Below the pieces are notes generated by a model, which did not search any database, had not been told where the DNA came from, and worked only from the letters and a program-made list of their open reading frames with translations. This document shows, piece by piece, positions 47,996 through 59,862 of a DNA stretch of 64,000 nucleotides. Within the stretch, counting starts at the first letter, position 1. Each line of letters begins with the position of its first letter. Made by a program: the position numbers and the translations under genes. Source of the stretch: Podospora anserina (lineage: Eukaryota); assembly GCA_017654855.1 (NCBI GenBank), contig CM030335.1, positions 1,922,001 to 1,986,000 on the forward strand. Direction: 5' to 3'.

Positions 47996-49544
47996 ATGGC
48001 CCCCCACAAAATCATCAGCGCCCCCACCCGGGAATCCCTCCTGTCCCTCCCCTCCCCGGACTACACCCTCATCAAATCCCTCGGCAACGACCGCTTCCTC
48101 CTCCGCCGCAACAACGACGGCTTCCCCCTGCTGGGCCACTACTGGACAGAATACTACCAACCCAGCACCTCCCCCGTCCACACCCTCGTCCAGCGCGGCG
48201 CCGGCGCCGGCGCCGCCGCAGTGCTCAACCACGAGAACTTGGTTTCCTTGCGCGGCGAGGCCGCGAACTGGGTTCCCCTGAAAGTGAACGGTAAGCCCGT
48301 CCAAGCCAAGCAGGTCCTCCTTTTATGGGACTGGTGCGATGGTGGAAGTCTAGAACAATTCTTGGAACAGAGCGAGAAGGAGATTGATATCTCCGAGGTG
48401 CAGAACGGGGGGGAGTTCATGCCTGAGAGTTTCTGCTGGCATGTTCTCACCAGTGTTCTCAGGGCGTTGCAGTGGTTGCATCAGGGGATTAGGGAGACGT
48501 ATGGGGTTGTGGAGCTGGACAGGGAGGGGTATGGGATGGGATATGTGGAACATCCGGGGCAGAGGGGGAGGGCGGGCAGGCTGAGGGTTGTCAATCGGAT
48601 GACGCTTCCGACCCCGGAAAAGGGGGAGAAAGGGGGGTGGAAGAGGGCGAGGAGGGATGATGATTGGTTTCCTGTTTTGCATAGGGATATCAGGGCTAGT
48701 AAGATTTTTCTTCAGCACCCTCTCGGCACGGAGACGTACGGGATGGTCAAGCTGGGGGATTTGAGGTATTGTGCTGTTAGCGGGACGGTGGTCAGTGAGG
48801 GGGGGTTTGGGTTGGATAAGGTTCCTGTCGTGGCGCCGGAGAGGGTGCAGGAGTTGGGAAGGTATGTTGAGAAGGATGGGGGGGCGTACATCAATGGGAT
48901 TGGGGAGCTGAGGAGGAGGATGGTGGGGTGGTGGAAGGATGCGGCAACGGTTGATAAGGTATGTTTTTTTTTCTTTTGACTTGATGTTCGGAATGGAGAA
49001 GGTGGGGACGGGGGGGGACGGGGGGTTAACAAGATGACAGACTGAAAGACCATACACCACCGGCAACGACCTCTTTTCTGTAGGAGCGATCCTCTACCAC
49101 ATGATGATGGGCACACAGATGGTCAACCCTGAAGAGTGTCCTGTCAAAGGTTGCGGGTGCATCCATTTGCTCGATGGTCCTGAGAAGGATGAGGAAGCTG
49201 AGAAGCTTCGGGGCTGTACGGATGGGTGTCCTCGGCCGGATACCGACATCAGACGATGCTTCAACAACACCGGCTACACGACTGAGCTCAAGCAGGTCGT
49301 GGGTGCGTTGTTGAAGTGCAACCGGGAGGTGACTTGGTCGGCGAGCGAGGCTATGGAGGCGGCGTGGAAGGGGTATGAAACGTGGACTCGCACGACCGAG
49401 GATGGACAGGCGTATCGGGATATTTATGAGGATATTCTGTTCAGGAGGCAGAACCAGGAGAGGATCAATGGCGAGGTGCCTGAGTGGACGAATAATATGG
49501 CTTATCAGGTCAGGAGAAGCCTCAACCCGAATGTGGCTATCTAG
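47996..49544 (+). CDS. Atypical protein kinase-like protein (possible pseudokinase)
   Basis: Exons 47996-48958 and 49041-49544 (488 aa), intron GTATGT..TTAAC..CAG. Kinase-fold remnants LNHENLVSL, WDWCDGGSL, PESFCWHV..LRALQWLH, VLHRDI, VKLGD and DLFSVGAILYHMM. Confidence 0.8.
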
Positions 49545-50563
49545 GTTTTCTTGGGTTTGTCTTTTTGTTTTGGTAGGGTTCAATGGAATGGGAGAAGGAG
49601 GGAGTAGGGAGTCAGTCGATCATTTGCTTGCTTAGAATCAGAATTCTGTCTTTGTTGAAAAGACACAGTGATAAAAAAAACAAGCAAAAAGCTCACCGGC
49701 CAACCTTTCTCGTTTCTATGTTGGGAAGGGTGACTCGGCTACGAAAAACCCGTGGGTTTTGCTCCGGATAGGATTCGACCGAGAAGGCTGTTGGACCCAA
49801 TCCTTCAATTGGGAGCAACTCCAGTACACTTACCACTGGACCAGAGGGCCATATGGATAGGGTACTGGGGTTGTTGAAAGGTGGTCCTGACAGCTGGTAT
49901 GAGTACTGAAGGACCCGTTGCTCGTGCCTTGCTTGTGCCAAACCTGTTATACTTGGATGAGTTGGAGGTCCGAAATCCATCGTTATCATTCATCGAGGCT
50001 CATGTCACTGTGAGCCATCAAGCTTGTGACCAGTCAGGAGTGAAGCAGCACTGTGACAGTGTGATCTCCCCTGGTGATCACCAGGTGTAAGTGGCCAGGG
50101 TTAGGGTAACGCAACCTCTTCCCAAAACATCATCAGCACACCTCCAAAACTCTAAACGAACCTTCCAATGCCGTCATAAATAACGGTTTCCCTCCCAGCT
50201 GCCCGATTTTGTTTGTGCAGCTCCGATCACAAAGAAGGCCAACCAACATCTTGTTTCGATGAATGACAACTCTGCTGGTTGAGGTTGAGTGGAGTCAAAG
50301 ACGTCATGACCATGGCGATGAGTCGACTCGCCCCTTCCACGCTGGCGGCAGTCTGTCCCAATGCCTCGGTTTAGCAGCGTTTGTCAGGAACGACTTCGAA
50401 CAAAGTATAAGAACCATTCCCATAGTTTTTCTCGAGAGCAGTTTTAATCTGAAGCAAATTTACACCCAATCCCATCATCTCGACTCATCTGATTCTTGTC
50501 TCGTCTGATCGACCTACGAACCCACCCCTGAATTACAACTCACTCAACTGCATACATTTCAAA

Positions 50564-51646
50564 ATGGGCTACCCCGAAACCTTCACCGGCTTCTGCGTCG
50601 ACTCCCCCAAGACGTGGAACCAATACCACCTTGCCAACCTCAAGCCCAAGCCCTTCGGCGACAACGACGTCGACGTCGAGATCGAATGCTGCGGCGTCTG
50701 CGGCTCCGACGTCCACACGGTAACCGGCGGCTGGGGTGAATTCGAAGGCCCCCTCTGCGTCGGCCACGAGGTCGTCGGGAAGGCCGTCAACGTCGGCAAG
50801 GCCGTAAAGGGCATCAAGAAGGGCGACCGCGTCGGTGTCGGCGCTCAGGTCTGGTCCTGCCTCAAGTGTGACGTCTGCAAGTCCAAAAACGAAAACTACT
50901 GCCCTCACATGGTCGACACCTACAACGCCAAGTACGAGGATGGCAGTGACGCTCATGGAGGCTGGGCGAATTACATCCGGGCGCATGAGTATTTCACTTT
51001 CAAGATCCCAGATGAGATCCCCTCTGCCGAGGCTGCACCACTGCTCTGCGCCGGTATCACGACTTACTCACCGCTTGTGAGGGCGGATATTGGCCCTGGG
51101 AAGGTGGTGGGTGTTATTGGTATCGGTGGCTTGGGTCATTTAGCACTGCAGTGGGCAAAGGCTCTTGGTGCTGAGACTTATGCTCTCACTCACTCGGCTC
51201 ACAAGGTTGATGATGCGAAGAAGCTCGGAGCCAAGGACGTCATTGTCACCACGGAGGAGGGCTGGGCGGATAAGAACAAGTTCAAGTTCGACATGCTGTT
51301 GAACTGCGCTGATGCGACGCATAAGTTCAACATGGCGGATTACTTTGGCACGCTCAAGGTTGGTGGGGAGTTTCACATGGTGGGCATTCCTAACGAGCCG
51401 CTTCCTGAGATGACTGCGATGGCGTTTGTGCAGAACGGTGTGAAGCTTACGGGAAGCCATTTGGGCAACCATCAGGAGATGGATGCCATGCTCAAGCTGG
51501 CGGCGGAGAAGGGTGTCAGGCCGGTTGTCCAGACGGTTCAGATTTCGGAGGAGGGATGCAAGGAGGTTGTGGAAAAGGTCAAGGAGGGTAATGTCAAGTA
51601 CCGGTTTACTCTGACGGGCTTCGACAAGGCGTTTGCGGGGAAATAG
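50564..51646 (+). CDS. Zn-dependent medium-chain alcohol dehydrogenase (NADP-type, ADH6/cinnamyl alcohol dehydrogenase-like)
   Basis: 360-aa intronless ORF with CGVCGSD, GHEVVG, GDRVGVG, structural Zn CxxCxxC..C, APLLCAGITTYSPL and GIGGLGH. Confidence 0.95.
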   Translation: MGYPETFTGFCVDSPKTWNQYHLANLKPKPFGDNDVDVEIECCGVCGSDVHTVTGGWGEFEGPLCVGHEVVGKAVNVGKAVKGIKKGDRVGVGAQVWSCLKCDVCKSKNENYCPHMVDTYNAKYEDGSDAHGGWANYIRAHEYFTFKIPDEIPSAEAAPLLCAGITTYSPLVRADIGPGKVVGVIGIGGLGHLALQWAKALGAETYALTHSAHKVDDAKKLGAKDVIVTTEEGWADKNKFKFDMLLNCADATHKFNMADYFGTLKVGGEFHMVGIPNEPLPEMTAMAFVQNGVKLTGSHLGNHQEMDAMLKLAAEKGVRPVVQTVQISEEGCKEVVEKVKEGNVKYRFTLTGFDKAFAGK

Positions 51647-52370
51647 GTGGTGGACAGAGAGAGTGAAGAGCAATCATATCTATAGTGTAGCAGTAGATAG
51701 TTGAACGAACGACTTGCAACCGTGAAAGATGAATTACTATGATTGGTCAATTGTTGCCCCGCCATGTCTTTGCCCCCTGTTTGCCCTCCAAAGTATATGT
51801 GAGTGTTGGTGAGTACAATGAAAGAAAGCTGTTGGCCATATACTATGGACGATCGCATAGTAGAAACACTATATTAATTATTGATGACGTATGTATGCGC
51901 TGGAATGCAGATCTATGCAAGCGGCTGCTCGGCCGGTGCGATGGCGCTTCCAGAAAACCAAAAGCGGGGTCTGGTCAAGAACCGGGAATAGCGACCAGGA
52001 TTCTGTGCCGGGTCCACGCGGGCGGGATGCGTGGAGATGGCCCGGGCGTCTAACCAGGGTGTAGCCCGCACCAAAGGGTTGCAATCAGCTTTGACGACAG
52101 GTGAATTTGATCTCTTCAACTGTTCATCTTCAGCTTGTTTGCGCCCAGCGCGTGCCTATACGGCTCTTTCGTCAAAAGATCTAGACGTCCTGGCCCTGTC
52201 TCTGTTGACCTTGCGCACCCACAACAGCTTGACGTATGCACGGATCTGCCAAAAACAAGCCAATATTTTTAGTCGCGATCGAATGAGTACGCGCCGCGTT
52301 CAAAATACAGAGCCCCCCGCTGCGCGCGGCTACAGACGCCCAGGTGACAGCAGCAAGCAGCGCAGCAAGC

Positions 52371-54555
52371 ATGGACGACCTGTCGAGGATGTCGGACGTG
52401 GAAAGCGATTTTGCCATCATGGACGCTACTCCCTCGACCAACAGGAGACGGCCAGGGATGGTAGGGGCAGCAGCAACAACAGAAAGCAGAGAAGGTCCAA
52501 GTGCCTTTCGGTCCCCCTTATCCAAGTCCAGGTCCTTATCGGACGGTGGAGGCGCGCCCAAACTCTCACCTTCGCCTTGCATAGTCGAGGCCAGCCGCCG
52601 GCAGAGCCAAGACGACATTGCCATACGCGACAAAGACACCGACATTGCAGCCCTCCGACTGCCGCCGTCAACTCCCATCCGAGCTGGGTTCCCCACGAGA
52701 GGCCTTTCTCTCCAGATGGCCCCGACTGAACCATCCTCACCGGCCCCTCAGCCGCAAGCTGCTGGCTACGTCAAGCAGGCCCCGCTCTCGCCCAAATTGG
52801 ACCATTCACACATCTATGCCTCACCCACCAACATTCTGCCGCGTCGATCTCGCGGCCTTGACTTTTCCCGCGCCGCCACGAGCCTGCATCACTCCACCCT
52901 CGCCAACCAGGCCGATCCCGACTCTTCGCCCACCATCGGGTCCCGCGCCATGAACATTCCCAACCGGCGCAGTGGCGACCACGCCGGCGTCGACCATGCT
53001 GCCTCGTCTCACTGGGGCACCATGGGACACCACCACCAGGAGCGCATGCAGATCTCGAGCTCCCTCGGCAGCACTAACCATGTGCTGTCCGAAAGCTCGT
53101 CCGACTCTGACGAGGACGACTACATGGACGAGGACATGGAGGAGGCCTACATCATGACACCCCAAGCTTCTAGGACGGGCATGGGTCACATGGCCGGGGG
53201 GCCATCGGCGCCCGGATGGATGCCCGGGTCGCCAGCGGTCAGCAACTTTCTCAGCTTCCAACAACGCCAGCGACAACGCAAACAATCAACAAAAAAGAAA
53301 ATGCGGGGACCTCTGGGACTGGGGTTCCACTCGCCCGCAGCCTCCGGCGCCATCTCCAAGTCGCCCCCCAACAACCTGATCAACTCCCGCGACCTGCCTC
53401 ACACTAGGAGGGAGAGCATCAGCTGGGCTGCGAATCAGCTGCACATTTCGGGCAACGAGAGCGATGGACAGCTGGAGGGACTTGACAGCCCGTCACGGCC
53501 GAGCATCGTACGACGGGCCGTGACGAGGAGGGGGAATCTTCTTGTGCGTTTTTGTTGCCTTGTTGACATCTGCGACCTTTGCTGACGATCATGCATAGCC
53601 GAAAACAAAGGGTTTCGCCCGTATCCGCGCCGCCCTCGCTGAAGAGGGCGCTCCCATAGAAACCGAGTTCCGCCGCGAAGCCGAGGTGGTACGACAAGTC
53701 CGTGAAAGCGACATGGACCTCGAACCTCGACTGCCACCGGCCCCTTCGGCTGCGACGACAGCCTTGTCCAGCCCCAACCTCGACTCCCAAGTCCATCCTG
53801 ACGAGATGATGCCCGACGACGCCATGATGATCGAGGGACCGGTTGCGTCTCACAACCCGACCAACAACGCCCTCGGTCTCTCCCCGGCAACATTCAAGCA
53901 ACAAGTGCTGAAAAACTCCAAGGGGAAGGTGTTTTGGGATACCTTCTCGGAAAGCAGCTCCAACGGCGGCGCGGGACCAAGGACAACCACCCCACCGCCA
54001 CCATCGTTTGTAACGAGGGCTTCGAGCTCGGGGGTGTCGTTGGATGATGTGAATATGGACTCGCCGAGCTCTAACTCGCAGAGTCAGAACCCGTTCGTGC
54101 TGCCTCTGACGACGGGGACGAGCAGCTCGGGGAACGGGACGCCGCACCAGCCTCCTGGGGGGAGCATGCCGAGCGCGGCCGAGATTACAAGACGGATTAA
54201 TAGTAAGAGGAGGAGGGGGGATGATGATTTTAATGATCCGATCAGTATCAAGCGGAGGGCGGTGAGCCCGGGGATGAGCGCGCACGGGAGCCCGGTCTTG
54301 CAGAGTCCGCTGCAGAGGGGCGGGGAGCAAGGGTGGGGGGCGTTGAGTTTGGGGCCTGCGATTACTACTACGGTGGGACAACAGGGGCAGGGGCAGGGGC
54401 AAGGGGGAGGAGGGTCGAGGCCGGGGAGTAGCGTTGGTGGTGGTGGCGAGGGTGGGAATAATGGGATGGCGGGGAGTAATAATAAGAGGGGGAGGGTTGG
54501 GTTGCAGGGGATGGTGGATACTAACGATGGGATTACTAGGTTGAGTATTGAGTGA
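52371..54555 (+). CDS. Hypothetical Ser/Pro-rich, probably disordered protein (~709 aa)
   Basis: Exons 52371-53543 and 53599-54555, joined in frame by intron 53544-53598 (GTGCGT..GCTGAC..TAG). Complex-sequence islands RSRGLDFSRAATSLHHSTL, RRAVTRRGNLLPKTKGFARIRAAL, KRRAVSPG and GLQGMVDTNDGITRLSIE. The start codon is uncertain. Confidence 0.85.
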
Positions 54556-55288
54556 GGGGAGGGAAGATGGGGAGCAAGCAAGCAAGCGGACGATTCACAG
54601 CAACGACCGTCATCATCATCATCAACACATATGCTTTCTTTTTGGTTTTGCGCAGGGGGAGTTTTTAAGCATTTGCATTTGGGGGTGTTGGGGAACCAAC
54701 CGTGACGACAAATGAACAATCATACCATATATGGGAAGGAAGGGGCGGTCATATCAAAGCGGATGAATAGGGGTTGGAACACACACACAAAGCTATAAGC
54801 GCTACATGCTCATTTTCTTGGTCTACGGAGGTTTTTTTTTTTTTTTTTTCAAAAGGTGTTTAGGGCGCCGGAGCATAAGCATATAAATGCAGTGGGATGG
54901 GGATGGTGGTGGTGGTGGTGGTGGTGCTGGACCAACAAAAGATTGGGTCGTATATAAATAATTTTGGGTATATAAAATATACAAAACAACAACAACAACA
55001 ACAACAACAGGTTGAACATATCCAGCAGCAGATTTGAGCTTTGTCTGAAAGATTCGTTTCGCAATTGGGATATATCTTTTAAAGAACAAAAATAAAATAA
55101 AAAGGCCTTATTAAATAATTACTCGCTTTCCACCGTTGGTGGTATACTTCCCCTTCCCTCTGTCTCACCAACATTTCCTCTCCGTGCCGGAAAAGTACTG
55201 CTGCTTTCCTCCCTTTTTTCCGTGCAGATTTATCCATCCTCATCATTATTTCACCACCCCCTTCCCCTCTCCCAGCTGTCCTAACCGC

Positions 55289-55639
55289 CTACCTCATCTC
55301 CAGCTGCTCCCCTCCCGCCCTCCCCAAATTCTCCAACCCGATCCCCTCCTCCGGTATGCACAACCCCGCCAGCTTCTCGTCCAACCACCTCGCTAGTTCC
55401 TCCACCTGCCTCCTCATCATCACCACCCCCGCCGAGCTCGCGCTTGTTTGGGACGTGACCGTCTGCCCCGATGTCGTCCCGCCGCTCATGACGGACGCCC
55501 TTCCCACTTCTGAATTTGCGGATGGTGACCCTACTGGTGTTTTCCCCCCCATCCCTTCCCCATTCCCCTCCTCCGGTTGTTGTTGCTGCTGCTCCTGACC
55601 CTGATTTTGACCCTGACCCTGACCCTGACCCTGACCCTG

Positions 55640-55684
<45 letters not shown>

Positions 55685-56044
55685 ACCCATGCAAATAAAC
55701 AGCATACCGCACTTTAGCTTTCGGATTACAAACACAAGGCCAGAGTCGAGCTGGACGGTGAGGGAGGGGGTGGATTTGTGTTTTCGGGTTTTATGGGTGT
55801 GTTGCGGGGAGGATTGGGAGGAGGCGGAGGAAGAGGACTGGACGGCCCAGATCGAGGCTGCGACGGCGCATTGCCTTCTTAGGGCGGAGGCGGGGAGGGA
55901 GGAGGCGTGGGAGAGGAGGGAGCCGGTTGGTGTTGTGAGGATTGCTGCTGTTATGGACGGGGATAAATTGGCGCGGAGGAAAGCGGTGACGCGTTTTGTT
56001 AGGAGGAGGGGGTGGTGGGGGAGGGGAGGGGAGGGTTTGGACAT
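55289..56044 (-). CDS. Hypothetical 251-aa protein, possibly Roadblock/LAMTOR2-like, with a (GQ)n insertion
   Basis: ATG-initiated ORF. The pattern LTKRVTAFLRANL..AAILTTPTGSLLSHA..AVAASIW..LTVQL..VFVIRKL..MLFICMG..MMRRQVEELARWL fits the alpha-beta-beta-alpha-beta-beta-beta-alpha Roadblock order. The fold call is inference. Confidence 0.65.
55608..55684. repeat. Coding hexamer repeat (GGTCAR)n on the minus strand, encoding about 13 Gly-Gln units
   Basis: TGACCC/TGACCT tandem units on the plus strand. Confidence 0.95.
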
Positions 56045-56449
56045 TGTTGGCTCGAGAGGGGGTAAGGTGTTGCGATGGGGTTGATATCGAAGGTGGCGGC
56101 GATGTCGCGATGGTGGGTGGTTGGAATCGCAGATGGCAAGTGGGAATAAACTTTGTTTTCGGTTGGTGTATATCCGTTGAATCCCCTCAAGGTGTGGTTG
56201 GTAGCGGGGAAGGCAGGCTGGTTTGGGGGAAGTGGATTATGCGGCGGACGTCAGAGCTGATGAGAGAGGGTAGCCAGGAGAGAGGTTGTGTCAAAGCTTC
56301 CCAGGCTCTCGGGAATTTATCGATAATCGGTGGGTCTGGGGTGATGATGCACGGGCCTTTTGGGGTAAGTGACAGGGGTGCTTTTGGACCCCCAACCCTG
56401 ACGACGACTTACTACAACGAAAAGAGATAGATACGGCTGTCTTGTCTAC

Positions 56450-56776
56450 TCAAACTATATCACACCTAGTCCTACACTTCATCCCCTTATTATCTTTGAT
56501 GTTTCTCTTCTTGCCGTTATTTCCATTCTCTCCCCTACCACCACTACCAGCCTCACCAGCGGCAGCCTTTTGATCCTCCCTACTACCATCATATCTCCCC
56601 TTCTCATCCTGATAGTCGTCCCACTCGATAGTGTTCTGATGCCCGCAGGGCCAGGTGTACAGAGGGCCGGTGTACGGCTCGTTGAGCTCATCCCATGCCG
56701 TCTCGGTATCGGGGGTTGTTTTGGGATGACCATTGGTAGCTGTCTTGGGATCCGTAGCTGTTTGGGGACGTGTCAT
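56450..56776 (-). CDS. Possible small orphan protein (108 aa)
   Basis: ATG in ACAATG context. MTRPQTATDPK..YTWPCGHQNTIEWDDY..KCRTRCDIV. No recognised family. Confidence 0.4.
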   Translation of the reverse strand: MTRPQTATDPKTATNGHPKTTPDTETAWDELNEPYTGPLYTWPCGHQNTIEWDDYQDEKGRYDGSREDQKAAAGEAGSGGRGENGNNGKKRNIKDNKGMKCRTRCDIV

Positions 56777-57231
56777 TGTGTTTGCGGCCAGAAGGTCGTA
56801 GGCTTGAGAGATTCGCAAACGTAGTCCAAGCCAAATTGTTTGTTGAGAAAGCGGGTTGGAATAGGATAGGAGTGATATAGGTATGTTGACTTGTTGACTG
56901 AACAGTCAGGAGCCCTGTGAATCTGCTCTTACTCATACTCATTCATGTCACTGCGCGCACTGTCAATGCCATGTTCAAAGTGATAACCAGGTGCGAACCC
57001 AGTCATCAAAAGAACTTCAAGATTCTTGTTCAACCGACACACTAACTACGCTACCTACCCAGCCAAAATATATGTTTCCCGAGCTGTCAACTGCAAATCC
57101 GCAACGGGTGGGTATCAACGTTCGTTCTCCCAAGGGTATCAATAATTGAACAAGCAAGCTCGCAACCCCGCTGCCTTTTCCTCCAACTCCCAATAGCTAG
57201 CAATGAGAACCCAGATCAACGAAATCTCTTG

Positions 57232-59862
57232 TCACAGCGACCCCCGCCACAATCCTTCCTTTTGCAAGCTCGATATCTGCTGCCGAACCTCTGGAACAGA
57301 ACACTCAAAGCACTCAGCCCACTCCTCCAAGTTCTCCCTTGTAATTCCCTCTACCACCGTTTCCTCAAGTTGGTCAACAAGAAACGCCCTCTCCCCATTA
57401 TCCCAGACTTTGCCAAATGCTTCCTCTTCTTCATTGTCCTCATCTTCTTCAACATCTTCACGCACTTCTTCAACTTCCTCTTCTTCTTCTTCTTCTTCCT
57501 CCTCCTCCTCCTCCTCTACCTCTTCCCCCTCAACTTCTTCAACCTCTAATTCGACCCGTGGCTTCGCTTGCCTGCTAGGGGTATCAATGTGATCCGGGAC
57601 AGCAAAGACTTCCGGCTCCGGCGAAGAATCAATGACCATAACATCCTTCTTCTGATGCCGGACTGGACTTGACTGCGGTGGAGCCTGTCTCATCAAAGGC
57701 CAAGGTTGCCTTATCAGAGGCTGATTCGTGGGGCGGTTTACCGCAGAAGACTGCATCATCGATGACGCCGATGAAGCTTGATCAGACTGAGCCAACCCTA
57801 GACGGCGCCGTGATGGAGGCCATGGTGCTCGTATTACTGGAGTTCGTGTTTGGGGGGCATTCACCCGCGGTCGTTGCAATGTGGAGGGAGCTGTGTGGAC
57901 AGTCTCGATGTAGCTGCTGTACGGTCGGCTGCTGCTATCGGGGCGCGGCCGAGGCGGAGAAATCGGATCCTGAGGAGGCGAGATATACTTGTCCGCCAAA
58001 CGCTGCTTTTCCGCCATCGGACTAGGTTGGTGCCTCAAGCGCTGCGTCGACACCGCCATTCTGTTCCACTGTTCAGTAGCCTTGGCAGCTTCAATCTCCA
58101 GCAGCTGTCTCCTCCTCTGCTTGATTGCTTTATCCCGATCAATCTTCTCTTGGCGGCTTATCTCCTCGTTGACGGCACTAATCTTTTCTTGTAGTTCAAA
58201 CTTCCATTCATCAAGGACCTGAGAGAAATCATTCCATCCCAACTGTTTTTTTGCAACCTCGTTCTCGCAGTGTTCCATGAGATCCCGGATCAAGAATGAA
58301 AGTCGCTTCGTGATCGAGCTAACGTATTGCACGGTGACGCATGTAAACTGGCCTGATTTGGGGAGGGGGGGAAGCGTTTGGTGCCGTGGCGCTTTATAAC
58401 CCAGAGTGCCGAGCAAAAACAGGTCCCGTAGAGTGAGGATCAATGTCGGAATAATAAACTGCTGGATATCAGCTGAGACCTGCTGCTTGTAGTTTCCTGT
58501 CTGTTGCTTCAGCGAGTTGCGGACCCTGACGATTTTCCTTGCCACGTTGGTAAGCTCTTCATTCAGTTGGCGATGCACGCGAACCAGATGCTTGTTCTGT
58601 CTGCTGAGATCACGGGGACACTTTAAGCCAACGAGGCATTCTCTAAAGGCGTAGAGTGCTCTTAGACAACGATTTCCAGGCGTGGTGGCTGGTGACTCAG
58701 AGTCGAAGCGGAAGCCATCTGCACTATAGATTTGGAGTTCCCAAAACTTGCCCAAGTCGGACCACTGTTCCTTGCCCATCATCCCGCGTAGCGTGTCCAG
58801 GTGCTCGCTGTCCAGAGTTACGATTGATCGTTTGTCCACTACTTCCGGCACTAGAATATGGATGGCTGGGTGAAGTGCGGTGTCGTCCTCATCCTCGTCT
58901 TCGAACACATCATCTGGGTCCTCCATAACGGCAAGTTGAACCCCATTATCTGGTGCCCCAACTTCTTCGAGCTCTTCCCATTCTTCCTCGCGCCGATCCT
59001 GCTCATCAACATCGTCCGATTCCGCTTCCTCTTCCAAGTCTGACTGCCTATTATTGGCTTGATCCACAAACAATTCATCTTCTGCTTCAACGGTGGGCAG
59101 AATGTTGTGACTCGAGCTGGAGCTTTTTTCTTCGCCCAATTGTCTGGGCGGGGCCGGGGGTTTCAAATTGTTGATAGTAGCAGGTCGAAGAGGTGCGGCT
59201 AAAGCAGTCGCGACTGGTTGTAGGGTTCGAGATGTCACACGTCGGCTTTGCTGTGGTTGTTTGGGTTTGGGGGGCGAAGAGTCAAGCTCTGGGCTACCAT
59301 CCTCCCTGGCGACTCTTCGATGGACCTCATCATGGTCAGAATCTTCCCCCTCGACCAATCCTTCCTCCGCAGGCTCAGGTTCTTCGACAACGGGCGCCGG
59401 CCTTCGGTTATTCCTGACGGACTCGGGCGTCTCGTCAATCGTATCTTCAATACTGGTCCCGTCCCGTTTTCGTCGAGCAGGCTTGCCGCCGCTTCGAAGC
59501 AGGACTTCAATACCCTTTTGCTTCGGGTTCGGCGTCTGGCGGTTGCTAAACGCGTTGATGACATGCATGGCGGTCTCGTCTACCCCCTCATCGTCCTCCG
59601 GATCGGTGGGCTCATGGGCCCTGGCTCTCTTCCTGGCTGGCGTCTCCAGGCTTGGACTGGCATTCCGCTTCTTTTTGTTGACCCCATTGTTCAGTTCAGG
59701 CAAAGACGCCTTGTTGGGGCGCAAGGTGACTGGGCTTTTGATGTTAGAAGGGCGAGGGTTAGCCGGGATGGATGCATCGCTGTCAGAATCCGAGCTGCTT
59801 TCTTCAGGTTCAGCGGCAACGGCCTTGCGCGAAGCAGCGACCCTGCTTCGCGTTTGGACCAT
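57232..59862 (-). CDS. Hypothetical 876-aa protein, probably nuclear
   Basis: Long intronless ORF with basic clusters (KKKR, RKRAR), acidic tracts, a central helical/coiled-coil-like region and a short C-terminal helical segment. No family recognised. Confidence 0.85.
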   Translation of the reverse strand: MVQTRSRVAASRKAVAAEPEESSSDSDSDASIPANPRPSNIKSPVTLRPNKASLPELNNGVNKKKRNASPSLETPARKRARAHEPTDPEDDEGVDETAMHVINAFSNRQTPNPKQKGIEVLLRSGGKPARRKRDGTSIEDTIDETPESVRNNRRPAPVVEEPEPAEEGLVEGEDSDHDEVHRRVAREDGSPELDSSPPKPKQPQQSRRVTSRTLQPVATALAAPLRPATINNLKPPAPPRQLGEEKSSSSSHNILPTVEAEDELFVDQANNRQSDLEEEAESDDVDEQDRREEEWEELEEVGAPDNGVQLAVMEDPDDVFEDEDEDDTALHPAIHILVPEVVDKRSIVTLDSEHLDTLRGMMGKEQWSDLGKFWELQIYSADGFRFDSESPATTPGNRCLRALYAFRECLVGLKCPRDLSRQNKHLVRVHRQLNEELTNVARKIVRVRNSLKQQTGNYKQQVSADIQQFIIPTLILTLRDLFLLGTLGYKAPRHQTLPPLPKSGQFTCVTVQYVSSITKRLSFLIRDLMEHCENEVAKKQLGWNDFSQVLDEWKFELQEKISAVNEEISRQEKIDRDKAIKQRRRQLLEIEAAKATEQWNRMAVSTQRLRHQPSPMAEKQRLADKYISPPQDPISPPRPRPDSSSRPYSSYIETVHTAPSTLQRPRVNAPQTRTPVIRAPWPPSRRRLGLAQSDQASSASSMMQSSAVNRPTNQPLIRQPWPLMRQAPPQSSPVRHQKKDVMVIDSSPEPEVFAVPDHIDTPSRQAKPRVELEVEEVEGEEVEEEEEEEEEEEEEEVEEVREDVEEDEDNEEEEAFGKVWDNGERAFLVDQLEETVVEGITRENLEEWAECFECSVPEVRQQISSLQKEGLWRGSL

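Noticed and set aside
50097-50110. AGGGTTAGGG telomere-like motif
   Set aside because: Too short, isolated, and lying between protein-coding genes.
53419-54585. Long antisense ORFs (also 29607-30566, 45473-46291, 61660-62535, 59168-59914)
   Set aside because: Shadow frames opposite well-supported genes with biased codon usage. No independent motifs.
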